Origin: Candidatus Marinacidobacterium sp.
GTDB lineage: Bacteria > Acidobacteriota > Vicinamibacteria > Marinacidobacterales > Marinacidobacteraceae
DNA length: 64,000 bases
Direction: 5' to 3'
Assembly: GCA_965220965.1 (NCBI GenBank)
Contig: OZ244852.1
Coordinates: 704,001-768,000, forward strand
The notes below the pieces were generated by a model. The model did not search any database. It was not told the DNA's origin and saw only the letters and a list, made by a program, of their open reading frames with translations. A program made the translations under genes and the position numbers. This document shows, piece after piece, positions 30,964 to 39,945 of this stretch (positions are counted from its first letter, which is position 1; each line of letters begins with the position of its first letter).

Positions 30964-31017
30964 GGGGTGACGACCTCCTCGGACCTGGCCGGGCGGGGAA
31001 AGGGAGCGCATGCGGCG

Positions 31018-32214
31018 CTATTGCTGCTGGTTGTCCGTGGCGGTGAGCCCGAGGACGTCGGCGAAGACCGCGGTGGCCCGCTTCATCTCGTCGAGCGTTC
31101 CGATGGAGATGCGGGCGTGGCTGTTCTCGTAGGGCGGGAAGTCCCGACCCACGAAGACGCCCTGCTCGGCGCACGCCTCGCGGAACTCCCTCGCGGAGCG
31201 CCCGATGTCCACGAACACGAAGTTCGTCTCGCTCGGGACCGGGTCGAGGCCGTGGCTCGAGAAGAAGTCCAGCGTGAACTTCCGGGCCTCCTCGTTGCGC
31301 TTCACCTCGTTCTTGATGTAGTCCGGGTCTTCGAGCGAGGCCATCGCGGCGCCGATCGAGAGGACGGACGTTCCGAACGTGAGCGCCAGCGGAGCCAGCT
31401 TGGCGATCGTTCCGGCCTGGCCCATCGCGTAGCCGACCCGGAGTCCGGCCATCCCGAACGCCTTCGAGAAGGTGCGGCCGATGAACACGTCGCGGTGCCG
31501 CATGGCGAGCTCCGCGCCGGTCTCGAAGGCCGGGTGCGTCACGTAGTCGTAGTACGCCTCGTCCAGCAGGATCGCGGTGTACGGGGACTCCTTCTTGACG
31601 AACTCGACGAAGTCGGTCACGTCGGCGAGCGAATGGACCGTCCCGGTCGGGTTGTTCGGGTTGCAGAGGAAGACGAGACCGGAGCCGATCGCGGCGCCCG
31701 CCATCTTCTCGAGGTCGAGGCCGAGGCCCCCGGTCATCGGGATCGCCTTGACCGGCGCCCCCATCCACCGGGCGGTGCGGATCGGGTTCTCGTAGGAGCA
31801 CTCCGCCGTCACCAGCGCGCGGTCCGGACCGGTGTAGAGGCGGACGGCGTTCCGCAGGATCTCGGAGGATCCGGGCGCGAGCACCACGTTCTCCGGACCG
31901 CCGCCGTACATCCCGCCGATCTTCCGGCGCAGATCCGCGTCGCTCGTCGCGGCGTTCATCGGATAGCGCATGATCGAGCCGTAGGCGGCGCGAAGGCCCT
32001 CCACGGCCGCCGGGCCCGGGCCCAGCGGGTTCTCGTTGCTGCTGATCCGGATCTCGTCGTCTTCGGGAGGCGGCAGGAACACCGGCGCGCCCCGGAAGCC
32101 GTTCTCGGCCTCCCAGGCCTCCCGGCCCCGAGCGCTGATCGCGTGGAGAGTCGCGGAGCCGGCGCCAGCGCCGGCGCCCGCCAGACTCAGGAAACCGCGA
32201 CGGGTCGATTTCAT
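31018..32214 (-). CDS. Tat-exported class I/II PLP aminotransferase (HisC-like), paralog 2
   Basis: MKSTRRGFL Tat motif; ISSNENP, CNPNNPTG, DEAY, RTFSKAFGMAGLRVGY; SD AAGGAG. Confidence 0.88.
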   Translation of the reverse strand: MKSTRRGFLSLAGAGAGAGSATLHAISARGREAWEAENGFRGAPVFLPPPEDDEIRISSNENPLGPGPAAVEGLRAAYGSIMRYPMNAATSDADLRRKIGGMYGGGPENVVLAPGSSEILRNAVRLYTGPDRALVTAECSYENPIRTARWMGAPVKAIPMTGGLGLDLEKMAGAAIGSGLVFLCNPNNPTGTVHSLADVTDFVEFVKKESPYTAILLDEAYYDYVTHPAFETGAELAMRHRDVFIGRTFSKAFGMAGLRVGYAMGQAGTIAKLAPLALTFGTSVLSIGAAMASLEDPDYIKNEVKRNEEARKFTLDFFSSHGLDPVPSETNFVFVDIGRSAREFREACAEQGVFVGRDFPPYENSHARISIGTLDEMKRATAVFADVLGLTATDNQQQ

Positions 32215-32389
32215 CGGGCTTTCTCCTTACGTCTCGGGAACCGAGGTGAGAATCGGGGGGTCAGGGACCCGCCAGCATGCGCGTCGTCACGTGGCGAAAC
32301 CCAGCCAGAAACAGTATCCGGTTTCGGAGGGCCGGGGCAAACGGCGGTGACGACAGAGTGGCCACGGGGAGCGGGAGGGTTCCTTCCGC

Positions 32390-32911
32390 TCAGTGCACCA
32401 TGAGTTCGGCGACGAGGGCGGTCGTCCCCCACTGCATCTTCATGGTCCCGTTCATGCCTTCCGCCATGAGCGAGATCGTGAACAGCTCGGCGGAGTCTTC
32501 CGCCTGCTCGACCCGGAGCGGCGTCGCGAAGATGTCCGCGTCGGGGTTGTGCGCGAGGCCGGACTGGCCGGTCTCGCGGTTCACCAGCAGATGCCAGCCG
32601 TCCTCGGTCTTCTTCGCGAAGAGCGTGTAGGAGCCGGCGGGGACCATGTTGTCCCCGAAGACGAGGCTCCCCTCGCTCTTGATCGTGGTCGCGTCCTCGG
32701 AGCCGAGGCGCCACACCATCCCGGGCATTGCCTGGGAGAGCATGTCCCGCCCGTTCAGGCTGGGACGGCCGTAGTCCACCGTGACGGCCTTGCCGCCGAA
32801 GTCGGCCTCCACCTTGCCGCGAGGGTTGTGAGCCAGCGCCAGCGGGGCGGCCAGCGCCACCGCGAGGAGCGCGAGCGGGAGACGACGGGAAAGACCTGCG
32901 AACCTGATCAT
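32390..32911 (-). CDS. DUF2911-like secreted protein
   Basis: Signal peptide; VTVDYGRPS, VWRLG, VPAGSYTLF, E-x-FTI; SD GGAGGT. Confidence 0.78.
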   Translation of the reverse strand: MIRFAGLSRRLPLALLAVALAAPLALAHNPRGKVEADFGGKAVTVDYGRPSLNGRDMLSQAMPGMVWRLGSEDATTIKSEGSLVFGDNMVPAGSYTLFAKKTEDGWHLLVNRETGQSGLAHNPDADIFATPLRVEQAEDSAELFTISLMAEGMNGTMKMQWGTTALVAELMVH

Positions 32912-33013
32912 GAAGCGAACCTCCACCCTCAATTCTACAGCCTGCTGCTACCCTCCCGGAGGCTGGTTCGCGGCGGTCCAGGCGCCGCGCCCCACCGCCG
33001 CTCCGGAGGCCCG

Positions 33014-35167
33014 ATGTCCCGACTCCGTCTGACTCCCATTCGTTTCGTCTCCGGCCTCGCCGCGCTCGGGATGGCCGCCGTAGCCACGCCCGCCGCCGCC
33101 TCGCAGGAGGCGGACGGACTCGTCGAGGAGCACCGCGTCTGGCTCGAGGAGGAGGTCGTCTACATCATCACTCCCACCGAGGAGGAGGTGTTCCTCGAGC
33201 TGACCTCCTTCGAGGAGCGGGAGGCGTTCATCGACGCCTTCTGGCAGCGCAGGGATCCGGTCCCGGCGACGAAGGAGAACGAGTTCCGGGTCGAGCACTA
33301 CGAGCGGCTGGATTACGCGAACCGCTTCCTCGGCCGGGACGCTCCAAGGCCCGGCTGGCAGACCGACCGGGGGAAGTACTGGATCATCCTCGGCGAGCCG
33401 CGCACCCGGGAGAACTTCGACGGCCGCAACGAAATCGTGAGCGCCGAGCTCTGGATCTACCAGGGCGACACCCGGCTGGGGCTTCCCCCCCGCTTCAACC
33501 TCCTCTTCTTCAAGGATGAGGACATCGGAGAGTACGAGCTCTACCACCCGTGGGCCGACGGGCCGGACGCGCTGGTCCGCCGGGGGGAGCTGCTGCGGCA
33601 GCGGCAGAACTTCGCGGTGGACATCCTCGAGACCGTCTCGATGGACCTGGCCCGCGCCAGCCTGGTGATCGACCTGACGGACCCCCACGCCGACTTCCTG
33701 AGCGCGACGAACACGATCGCCCCGGCGCTGAACACCGTCCGTCCCTCGATGAGCGTCGAGAAGAACCTGATCGACATCGCCGAGTCCCCGCTGAAGCTGG
33801 TGGATCTCGAAGAGATCGATGGCTACCTCCGCTACGGTGACCGGGTGACGGCCGAGTACTCCTTCCGGTTCGTCAAGAGCGAAGCGGACTTCTCGGTCTT
33901 CGCCGGCCCCCGGAACACCCCGTTCCTGAACTACACGGTCAAGCTCGCGCCCGAGGACTTCACCCTGCAGCAAGGTGAGGACGAGGGGGAGTACGTGACG
34001 ACCCTCGACATCGAGCTCGAACTCCGCAGCCCCGAGGGGATGCTCCTGGCGATGCACCAGAACTCCCCGATGATCCGGCTGAGCGAGAGCCAGTACCGCT
34101 CGGTGGCGGGGCTGCCGTTCGCCTACCGCGACAACCTGCCGGTGATCCCGGGGGACTACGAGGTGAGCGTTCTTCTCCAGAACCGGGCGACCTCGCAGTA
34201 CACCGTGGTGAGCGAAATGATCCGGGTTCCGGGGACGGGCGGGGGCGGCCCGCGTCTCACCGATCCGCTGCTCGCCTACCGGATGGAAACCGAGCCCTCG
34301 TTCGGTTCCGGACCGCGCTTCGGGACCTACCAGTTCGGCGACCGCGTCCTCGAGCCGGCGGTCGGCGGGAGCTTCTCGACCTCGGACACGCTCACCGTGG
34401 CGGCGCAGTCGGTCAACGCCGGCGACGGATTCCAGGTTCGTTTCCGCATCCTCTCCGACGACCCCGGCGGCGGCGCCCCGCGTCTCCTGGACGAGCGCCT
34501 GGCGCCGGCCGGGAGCCCCGCGGACCCCGCGCTCGAGGACTTTCTGCTGAACGAACTCGGCGCCGGGCGCTACCAGGTGAGCCTCGACCTGCTGGACCCC
34601 GGCGGTCAGGTCGTCTCTTCGACCGAGGCCCCGCTCGCGGTGTCGCCCCGGGCGAGCGTCGAGCGGCCGGGCTTCATCGTGCGCCGGTCGTACGCCAGCC
34701 ATGTGCCGGGCCTGCTGGCGCTGGCCCTCGGCGAGCAGTTCCTCGCCCAGGGGCGGGTCCACGACGCTACCGTGGCCTTCCGCGAGGCGACCGCGAACCC
34801 CGACCTCCCGATGGCCCGCTGGAAGCTCGCCAGCGCGCTCCTCTTCTCGCGCCAGGCCGACGAGGCGCTCGATCTCCTGCTTCCCATCGAGTCGGAGCAC
34901 CCGAACGAGATCGAGGTCGCCGAAGGGGTGGGCTTCGCCTACTACATCCGCCAGGAGTGTTCGGACGCGCTGCCCCGGCTGGAGCACGCGATGACGCTCC
35001 GCGCTCCGGATCCGTCGCTCCTGAACGCGCTCGGCGACTGCCACCAGCAGACCGGCGACGGCGACCGCGCGCGCGAGATGTTCCGCCGTTCGCTCGAGCT
35101 GAACCCCGGCCAGCAGGGCGTGCGCGCCCGGCTCGCCGAACTCGGCGACCCGCAGCCGGAGCGCTGA
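33014..35167 (+). CDS. GWxTD domain-containing secreted protein with C-terminal TPRs
   Basis: WLEEEVVYIIT, FWQRRDP, NEFRVEHYERL, GWQTDRG; TPR-like C-terminus. Confidence 0.85.
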   Translation: MSRLRLTPIRFVSGLAALGMAAVATPAAASQEADGLVEEHRVWLEEEVVYIITPTEEEVFLELTSFEEREAFIDAFWQRRDPVPATKENEFRVEHYERLDYANRFLGRDAPRPGWQTDRGKYWIILGEPRTRENFDGRNEIVSAELWIYQGDTRLGLPPRFNLLFFKDEDIGEYELYHPWADGPDALVRRGELLRQRQNFAVDILETVSMDLARASLVIDLTDPHADFLSATNTIAPALNTVRPSMSVEKNLIDIAESPLKLVDLEEIDGYLRYGDRVTAEYSFRFVKSEADFSVFAGPRNTPFLNYTVKLAPEDFTLQQGEDEGEYVTTLDIELELRSPEGMLLAMHQNSPMIRLSESQYRSVAGLPFAYRDNLPVIPGDYEVSVLLQNRATSQYTVVSEMIRVPGTGGGGPRLTDPLLAYRMETEPSFGSGPRFGTYQFGDRVLEPAVGGSFSTSDTLTVAAQSVNAGDGFQVRFRILSDDPGGGAPRLLDERLAPAGSPADPALEDFLLNELGAGRYQVSLDLLDPGGQVVSSTEAPLAVSPRASVERPGFIVRRSYASHVPGLLALALGEQFLAQGRVHDATVAFREATANPDLPMARWKLASALLFSRQADEALDLLLPIESEHPNEIEVAEGVGFAYYIRQECSDALPRLEHAMTLRAPDPSLLNALGDCHQQTGDGDRAREMFRRSLELNPGQQGVRARLAELGDPQPER

Positions 35168-35199
35168 CCGCCGGAGAACCGCCGGGCGCGGCCGCCGCG

Positions 35200-37554
35200 T
35201 CAGTCGCTGCCGGGTGATCCCGGCGGGCGCGGCGCCAGGTAGGTCTCCTGGAAGCGCTGGATCGCCGGGAGGAGCTGCTGGCGGTCGTGGAGCGTTCCCT
35301 GAAAGAGATCGCCCAGGCGGTCGAGCCGATCCGGGAGCGTCTTCAGCGTGAAGCGGGTCGGGTCGAGCCCGCCCTCGAGTTCGTCCCAGTCCAGCGGAGT
35401 GGACGCCGAGGCGGCGGGAACCGGCCGGACGGCGTAGGGAGGGACCACCGTCTGGCCCCGGCGGTTCTGGAGGAAGTCGAGGTAGACCCGTCCGCCCCGG
35501 CGGGCCACGTTCCGCTCCACGGTGGCGATGTCGGGGTGTTCCGCCGCGACGTGGGTCGAGACCGCCTCGCAGAACTGACGGACCACCTCATACGGGTAGA
35601 TCGGCTCCAGCGGGACGTGGATGTGGAGCCCCGAGGCCCCCGAGGTCTTGAGGCAGGGCCGGAGCCCGATTCCGCGAAGGACCTTCCCGAAGGCGCGCGC
35701 CAGGCGCACCACGTCGGAGAAGGGGCCCGAACCGGGGTCGAGGTCGAAGACCGCCCAGTCCGGGTGGTCGCGGCGGGTGCGGCGCGAGAGCCAGGGGTGG
35801 ATGTCGATGCTGCCCAGGTTGGCGGCGAACAGGAGCGCGGAGGCGTCGTTGCAGATCAGGTAGCGGATCGTCTCGCCCTTGCCGCCGGAGGCGATCCGCT
35901 CGGTCTCGATCCAGTCGGGCGTGTGCTCCGGGAGGTCCTTCTGGTAGAAGGCCTTGCCGCCGACCCCGTCGGGGTAGCGCAGCAGGTGGGAGGGCCGCTC
36001 CCGGAGGTACGGGAGCAGGTGCTCGGCGACCCGGTCGTAGTAGCGGATGAGGTCCCCCTTGGTGTAGCCCTGGTCGGGCCAGAAGACCTTGTCCAGGTTG
36101 GTGAACCGGACCGGCCGGGCCGCGTTCCGGTGGGCCTGTTCGCGGGAAAGTCCGGCCAGCAGGTGATCGTCCGGGGACTCCGGGGCCCGCTTCGCCGGGA
36201 TCCGGAGACAGTCCTCCGGCGCCGCCTCTCCCGGGGGCGAAGGCGGGTAGGGGGCGTCGGCGCGGCGGGCGATCGTCCCCGGGAGCCCCGCCGCCTCGCA
36301 GGCGGCGTGGAACTCCTCGCCGCGCACCGCGACGTGGTCCCCGAAGAGGATCGCGGCGCTCTCCGGCAGGAGGGTGGAGAGCAGCGCCTTCCGCTCCCGC
36401 AGGGGCGAGCCGCGCACGTCCCAGTCCTCGTAGCGGATCAGGTCGTTGAGGTAGAGGACGACCGGAACCGACCGGTCGCCGCCGAGCCGCCGGGCGAGCG
36501 CCTCTTCCGAGGGCCGTTCCGCCGCATCGGTGCTCACCAGGGCGCCGTGGGCGAGGAACTCCTCGGCGCGGAGCGCGTCGGCGGCGGCGAAGATCTCGGG
36601 GAGCCGCTCTTCCACCTCGGTCGGCCACGCCGGGGAGGGTTCGCCGGCAGGTGAGAGCCGCACCTCGCCGCCCGACCGCTCGAGGAAGACCGGGGCGCCG
36701 CGGAGCTCCGGCTCGAAGAGATACTCGGGGTCCGACATCGGCCCGGACTCCGCCTGGGGGAGCACCGGCGCCGGCGGGACCGTCCCGCTCCACGGGACGG
36801 CCGCCTCGAGGGCGAAGAAGGGTTGACGGTCGGCGTCGGGGCGGACGTAGCGGTCCCGGCCCTTGATGAGCAGCCATTCGTGCTCGCCGCGCGTCGTGCG
36901 CACCATGTGCCACGAGCCGCGCAGCTTCCTGCCGCGGAGCCGGATGACCAGCTTGCCCGCCGCCACCCCGGCGGCGCCCTGATCCTCACCGCCCTCCTCG
37001 ATCTCGTAGCGCCCCAGGTCCCAGATGCCCATCGTGCCGCCGCCGTACTCCCCCTCGGGGATGACCCCCTCGAAGGCGGTGTAGGCGAGGGGATGGTCTT
37101 CCGTCCGCACCGCCAGCTTCTTCACCTCGGGGTCGTAGGAGAAGCCCTTCGGCACCGCCCAGGACGCGAGCACCCCGTTCATTTCGAGGCGGAGGTCGTA
37201 GTGGAGCCGCCGCGCTTCGTGGCGATGGACGACGAAGGCGCGGCCCGGGCCCGGGAGGACCGGAGTCCCTCCGGCCGGCCGGGTTTCCGCGGGGGGTTCG
37301 GGGGTGCGCTCGAAGTCCCGTTTCGTTCCGTAGACGGCGATGGATTTCGATCGGCGGACGGGCACGGAACGCCCGGAATTCTGCCGGATTCCGGCCCCGC
37401 CAGCGGACCTCGCCGGCTTCTGAACGGATTGCTTGACTCCGCCGACGGTCGCGCTATCGTCCCTTCGCCCCGCCGGTTTCCCGCAACCGGCCCCATGGGG
37501 TGCGCCCGTCCCGTGCGCGGCTCCCGAGTCCGGTTTCACCGGGCTCACCTCCAT
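35200..37554 (-). CDS. ligD: LigD-like NHEJ protein: phosphoesterase + degenerate ligase + primase/polymerase domain
   Basis: PE domain HEARRLHYDLRLE, SWAVPKG, TEDHPLAY; Pol domain TNLDKVFWP, FDLDP, KTSGASGLHI, LDFLQN. Start uncertain (ATG 37554 after AGGAAGGAG, or GTG 37365). Confidence 0.85.
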   Translation of the reverse strand: MEVSPVKPDSGAAHGTGAPHGAGCGKPAGRRDDSATVGGVKQSVQKPARSAGGAGIRQNSGRSVPVRRSKSIAVYGTKRDFERTPEPPAETRPAGGTPVLPGPGRAFVVHRHEARRLHYDLRLEMNGVLASWAVPKGFSYDPEVKKLAVRTEDHPLAYTAFEGVIPEGEYGGGTMGIWDLGRYEIEEGGEDQGAAGVAAGKLVIRLRGRKLRGSWHMVRTTRGEHEWLLIKGRDRYVRPDADRQPFFALEAAVPWSGTVPPAPVLPQAESGPMSDPEYLFEPELRGAPVFLERSGGEVRLSPAGEPSPAWPTEVEERLPEIFAAADALRAEEFLAHGALVSTDAAERPSEEALARRLGGDRSVPVVLYLNDLIRYEDWDVRGSPLRERKALLSTLLPESAAILFGDHVAVRGEEFHAACEAAGLPGTIARRADAPYPPSPPGEAAPEDCLRIPAKRAPESPDDHLLAGLSREQAHRNAARPVRFTNLDKVFWPDQGYTKGDLIRYYDRVAEHLLPYLRERPSHLLRYPDGVGGKAFYQKDLPEHTPDWIETERIASGGKGETIRYLICNDASALLFAANLGSIDIHPWLSRRTRRDHPDWAVFDLDPGSGPFSDVVRLARAFGKVLRGIGLRPCLKTSGASGLHIHVPLEPIYPYEVVRQFCEAVSTHVAAEHPDIATVERNVARRGGRVYLDFLQNRRGQTVVPPYAVRPVPAASASTPLDWDELEGGLDPTRFTLKTLPDRLDRLGDLFQGTLHDRQQLLPAIQRFQETYLAPRPPGSPGSD
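37433..37460 (+). promoter_or_regulatory. Putative sigma70-type promoter TTGACT-N16-TATCGT
   Basis: Near-consensus -35/-10 boxes in very GC-rich DNA, facing the S9 peptidase gene. Confidence 0.4.
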
Positions 37555-37739
37555 CCGTCTCCTTCCTTCCTCAAGGAGCCAGAACGGGACACACTCGGGA
37601 GGCGAGGGAGGTCCGCGGCGACGTCGGTTCCGGAGTTCCGGATGGAGTCTCGGCGCCGCCACCGCCCGGTACCATGGGCCGGGGCGGCCGCGCCGGCCGA
37701 CCGCCGGCGGCGATGCGACCGCCCGGAGGCGCCCCTGTG

Positions 37740-39926
37740 ATGAATCCGGAACCCTGCGAAGCCCCCGGTCGGCCGCCGCTGCGGCGCCCCCGCATCCCGG
37801 TCGCGGTCCTGCTGGCCGCGACGCTCGCCGCCGCCTGCGGCGACCCGGTGGAGCCGCCGGCCTTCACCCTCGAGGACATCCTCGGGATCCGTCACCCGAC
37901 GGCTCCGGTCTGGAGTCCCGACGGGTCGCGGATCGTGTTCGTCTGGGATCTGAACCAGCAGATGGACCTCTATGAGGTCACTCCGGGCTCGGGCGAGCCG
38001 CCGCAGCAGCTCACCCGCTGGGGGGACGCCTACGAGGAGATCGGGAACCTCTTCTGGGGGCCGGACGGCGAGGTCCTCCACTTCACCCGCAACGGGGCGC
38101 TCTACCGGATGAACCCCGACCTGGCCGGGACGCTGGAGCGGGTGTTTCCCCAGGAGCCGGGGGGCGAGTCGGGCTTCGCCGTGTCGCCGGACCGGCGGGG
38201 CATCGCGTTCTCGCGCGGTGGCGACCTCCACGTCCGGGACCTGCAGAGCGGCGGCGAGATCCGTCTGACCCGGACCGAAGACCGCGTCGAGGCCGGTCCG
38301 GTGTGGTCGCCGGACGCCCGCTTCCTCGCCTACACCGCGTCGCAGCCGCGCATCACGGACGAGTCCTCGGAAGTCACCGGCGATTCGCTTCGCTTCCGGC
38401 GGGTCTCCGGCGCTCCGGGCGAACTGTGGACGGTCCCCGTCATCTCCGGCGGCGTGGCGCGGCGGATCGCCGCCGGGCCCGAGACGCGATCGGCGCCCCG
38501 CTGGCTCGACTCCGCGCGGCTGGTGTTCCAGCAGGTGGCGCCCGGGTACCGGACCCGCTCGGTAGTCGTCGCCGACCTGCGCGACGGGTCGCTCGAGACG
38601 ATCCACCAGACGGTGGACGAGAAGTGGTGGAGCCTGAACTACCTCGGCGCCGAGCCCCGCCCCTCGCCCGACGGCGCGTGGGTCGCCCTGGTGGACGACT
38701 CGACCGGCTGGGACCGGCTGGTCGTCGTCTCCACGCAGGACGGCGCCGCGACCCCGCTCACCCCGGATGGGGAGGAGGTCCGGCGCTTCGCATGGTCTCC
38801 GGACGGGCGGTTCCTCGGCTGGGACTCGAACCCCGAGCACCCCGGGCAGCGGCAGCTCTACGTGGTGGAGACCGCCGACCTCCCGGACGCCGCGGCCCGC
38901 CCGCTGACGAGCTTCCGGGGGACGAACACCCAGCCGGCGGTGGCCACCGGCTTCCAGTTGTGGAACGAGCACGGGGGCTTCTCTCCGGATGGGAGCCGGA
39001 TCGTCTTCCAGCGGACCGGCCCGCGCTCCCCGCCGGACCTGTTCGTCGTGGACACCGCCGGCGGCGGGCCCGCCGAGCGGCTGACCGATGCGCTGCCCGA
39101 GTCCCTGGACCCGGCGAGCTTCGTGGAAGGGGATTTCGTGCGGTTTCCCGCCCGCGACAGCGGAACCGTCCCCGGCTACCTGTTCACCCCGCCGGAACTC
39201 GACCCGGAGGCGACCCACCCGGCGATCGTCTGGGTCCACGGCGACGGGATCGCCCAGAACTACGACGGCTGGCACGTGCGCCGCGACTACGGCGTCTACC
39301 ACTCGTTCCACCAGTTCCTCGTCTCCCGCGGATACGTCGTGCTCATGCCGGATTACCGGGGCAGCATCGGCTACGGCCGCGACTTCCGGCAGCAGGTCTA
39401 CCGGGACGTGGGCGGCGGGGACTACCAGGACGTGGCGGCCGCCGGGGACTACCTTCGGACGCTCCCCTACGTGGACCCGGACCGCATCGGGATCTGGGGC
39501 CTCAGCTACGGCGGCTTCATGACGATGCAGGCGCTCACGCTCGACCCGACGCTCTTCGCCGCCGGCGTCAACGTGGCCGGCGTGGGCGATTTCCGGCTCT
39601 GGTTCGAGGATCCGGGGGGCCCCTGGGTCGTCGGCCGCATGGGTACGCCCAGCGAGAACCCGGAGGTCTACGAGCTTGGAGCGCCCGCCGACCGCCTCGA
39701 GGAGGTGGTCCGGCCGCTGCTCATGCTCCACGGGACGGCGGACGTGAACGTCTCCTATTTCGAGTCGCTGAACATCGCCGACGGCCTGCTGCGGGCCGGG
39801 AAGGACTTCGAGCTCGTGACCTACCCTGGGGAGTTCCACTACTTCCACCGGGATCACGTCCTGCGCGACGCCTGGCGGCGGGTGCGCCGCTTCTGGGACG
39901 CGCATCTGGCCGCCGCGGCGCCGTAG
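37740..39926 (+). CDS. S9 prolyl oligopeptidase/dipeptidyl peptidase family lipoprotein
   Basis: Lipobox LAAAC; WSPDG beta-propeller repeats; GLSYGG nucleophile, HGTADVNV, EFHYF. Confidence 0.9.
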   Translation: MNPEPCEAPGRPPLRRPRIPVAVLLAATLAAACGDPVEPPAFTLEDILGIRHPTAPVWSPDGSRIVFVWDLNQQMDLYEVTPGSGEPPQQLTRWGDAYEEIGNLFWGPDGEVLHFTRNGALYRMNPDLAGTLERVFPQEPGGESGFAVSPDRRGIAFSRGGDLHVRDLQSGGEIRLTRTEDRVEAGPVWSPDARFLAYTASQPRITDESSEVTGDSLRFRRVSGAPGELWTVPVISGGVARRIAAGPETRSAPRWLDSARLVFQQVAPGYRTRSVVVADLRDGSLETIHQTVDEKWWSLNYLGAEPRPSPDGAWVALVDDSTGWDRLVVVSTQDGAATPLTPDGEEVRRFAWSPDGRFLGWDSNPEHPGQRQLYVVETADLPDAAARPLTSFRGTNTQPAVATGFQLWNEHGGFSPDGSRIVFQRTGPRSPPDLFVVDTAGGGPAERLTDALPESLDPASFVEGDFVRFPARDSGTVPGYLFTPPELDPEATHPAIVWVHGDGIAQNYDGWHVRRDYGVYHSFHQFLVSRGYVVLMPDYRGSIGYGRDFRQQVYRDVGGGDYQDVAAAGDYLRTLPYVDPDRIGIWGLSYGGFMTMQALTLDPTLFAAGVNVAGVGDFRLWFEDPGGPWVVGRMGTPSENPEVYELGAPADRLEEVVRPLLMLHGTADVNVSYFESLNIADGLLRAGKDFELVTYPGEFHYFHRDHVLRDAWRRVRRFWDAHLAAAAP

Positions 39927-39945
39927 GGCGCCGCGGCCGGTCGCC

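Noticed and set aside
29788-32214. Calling the aminotransferases hisC
   Set aside because: Tat signals, duplication and the absence of his genes argue against a histidine biosynthesis role.
32215-32389. Possible riboswitch upstream of the aminotransferase pair
   Set aside because: No known aptamer consensus recognised; only an imperfect hairpin without a U tract.
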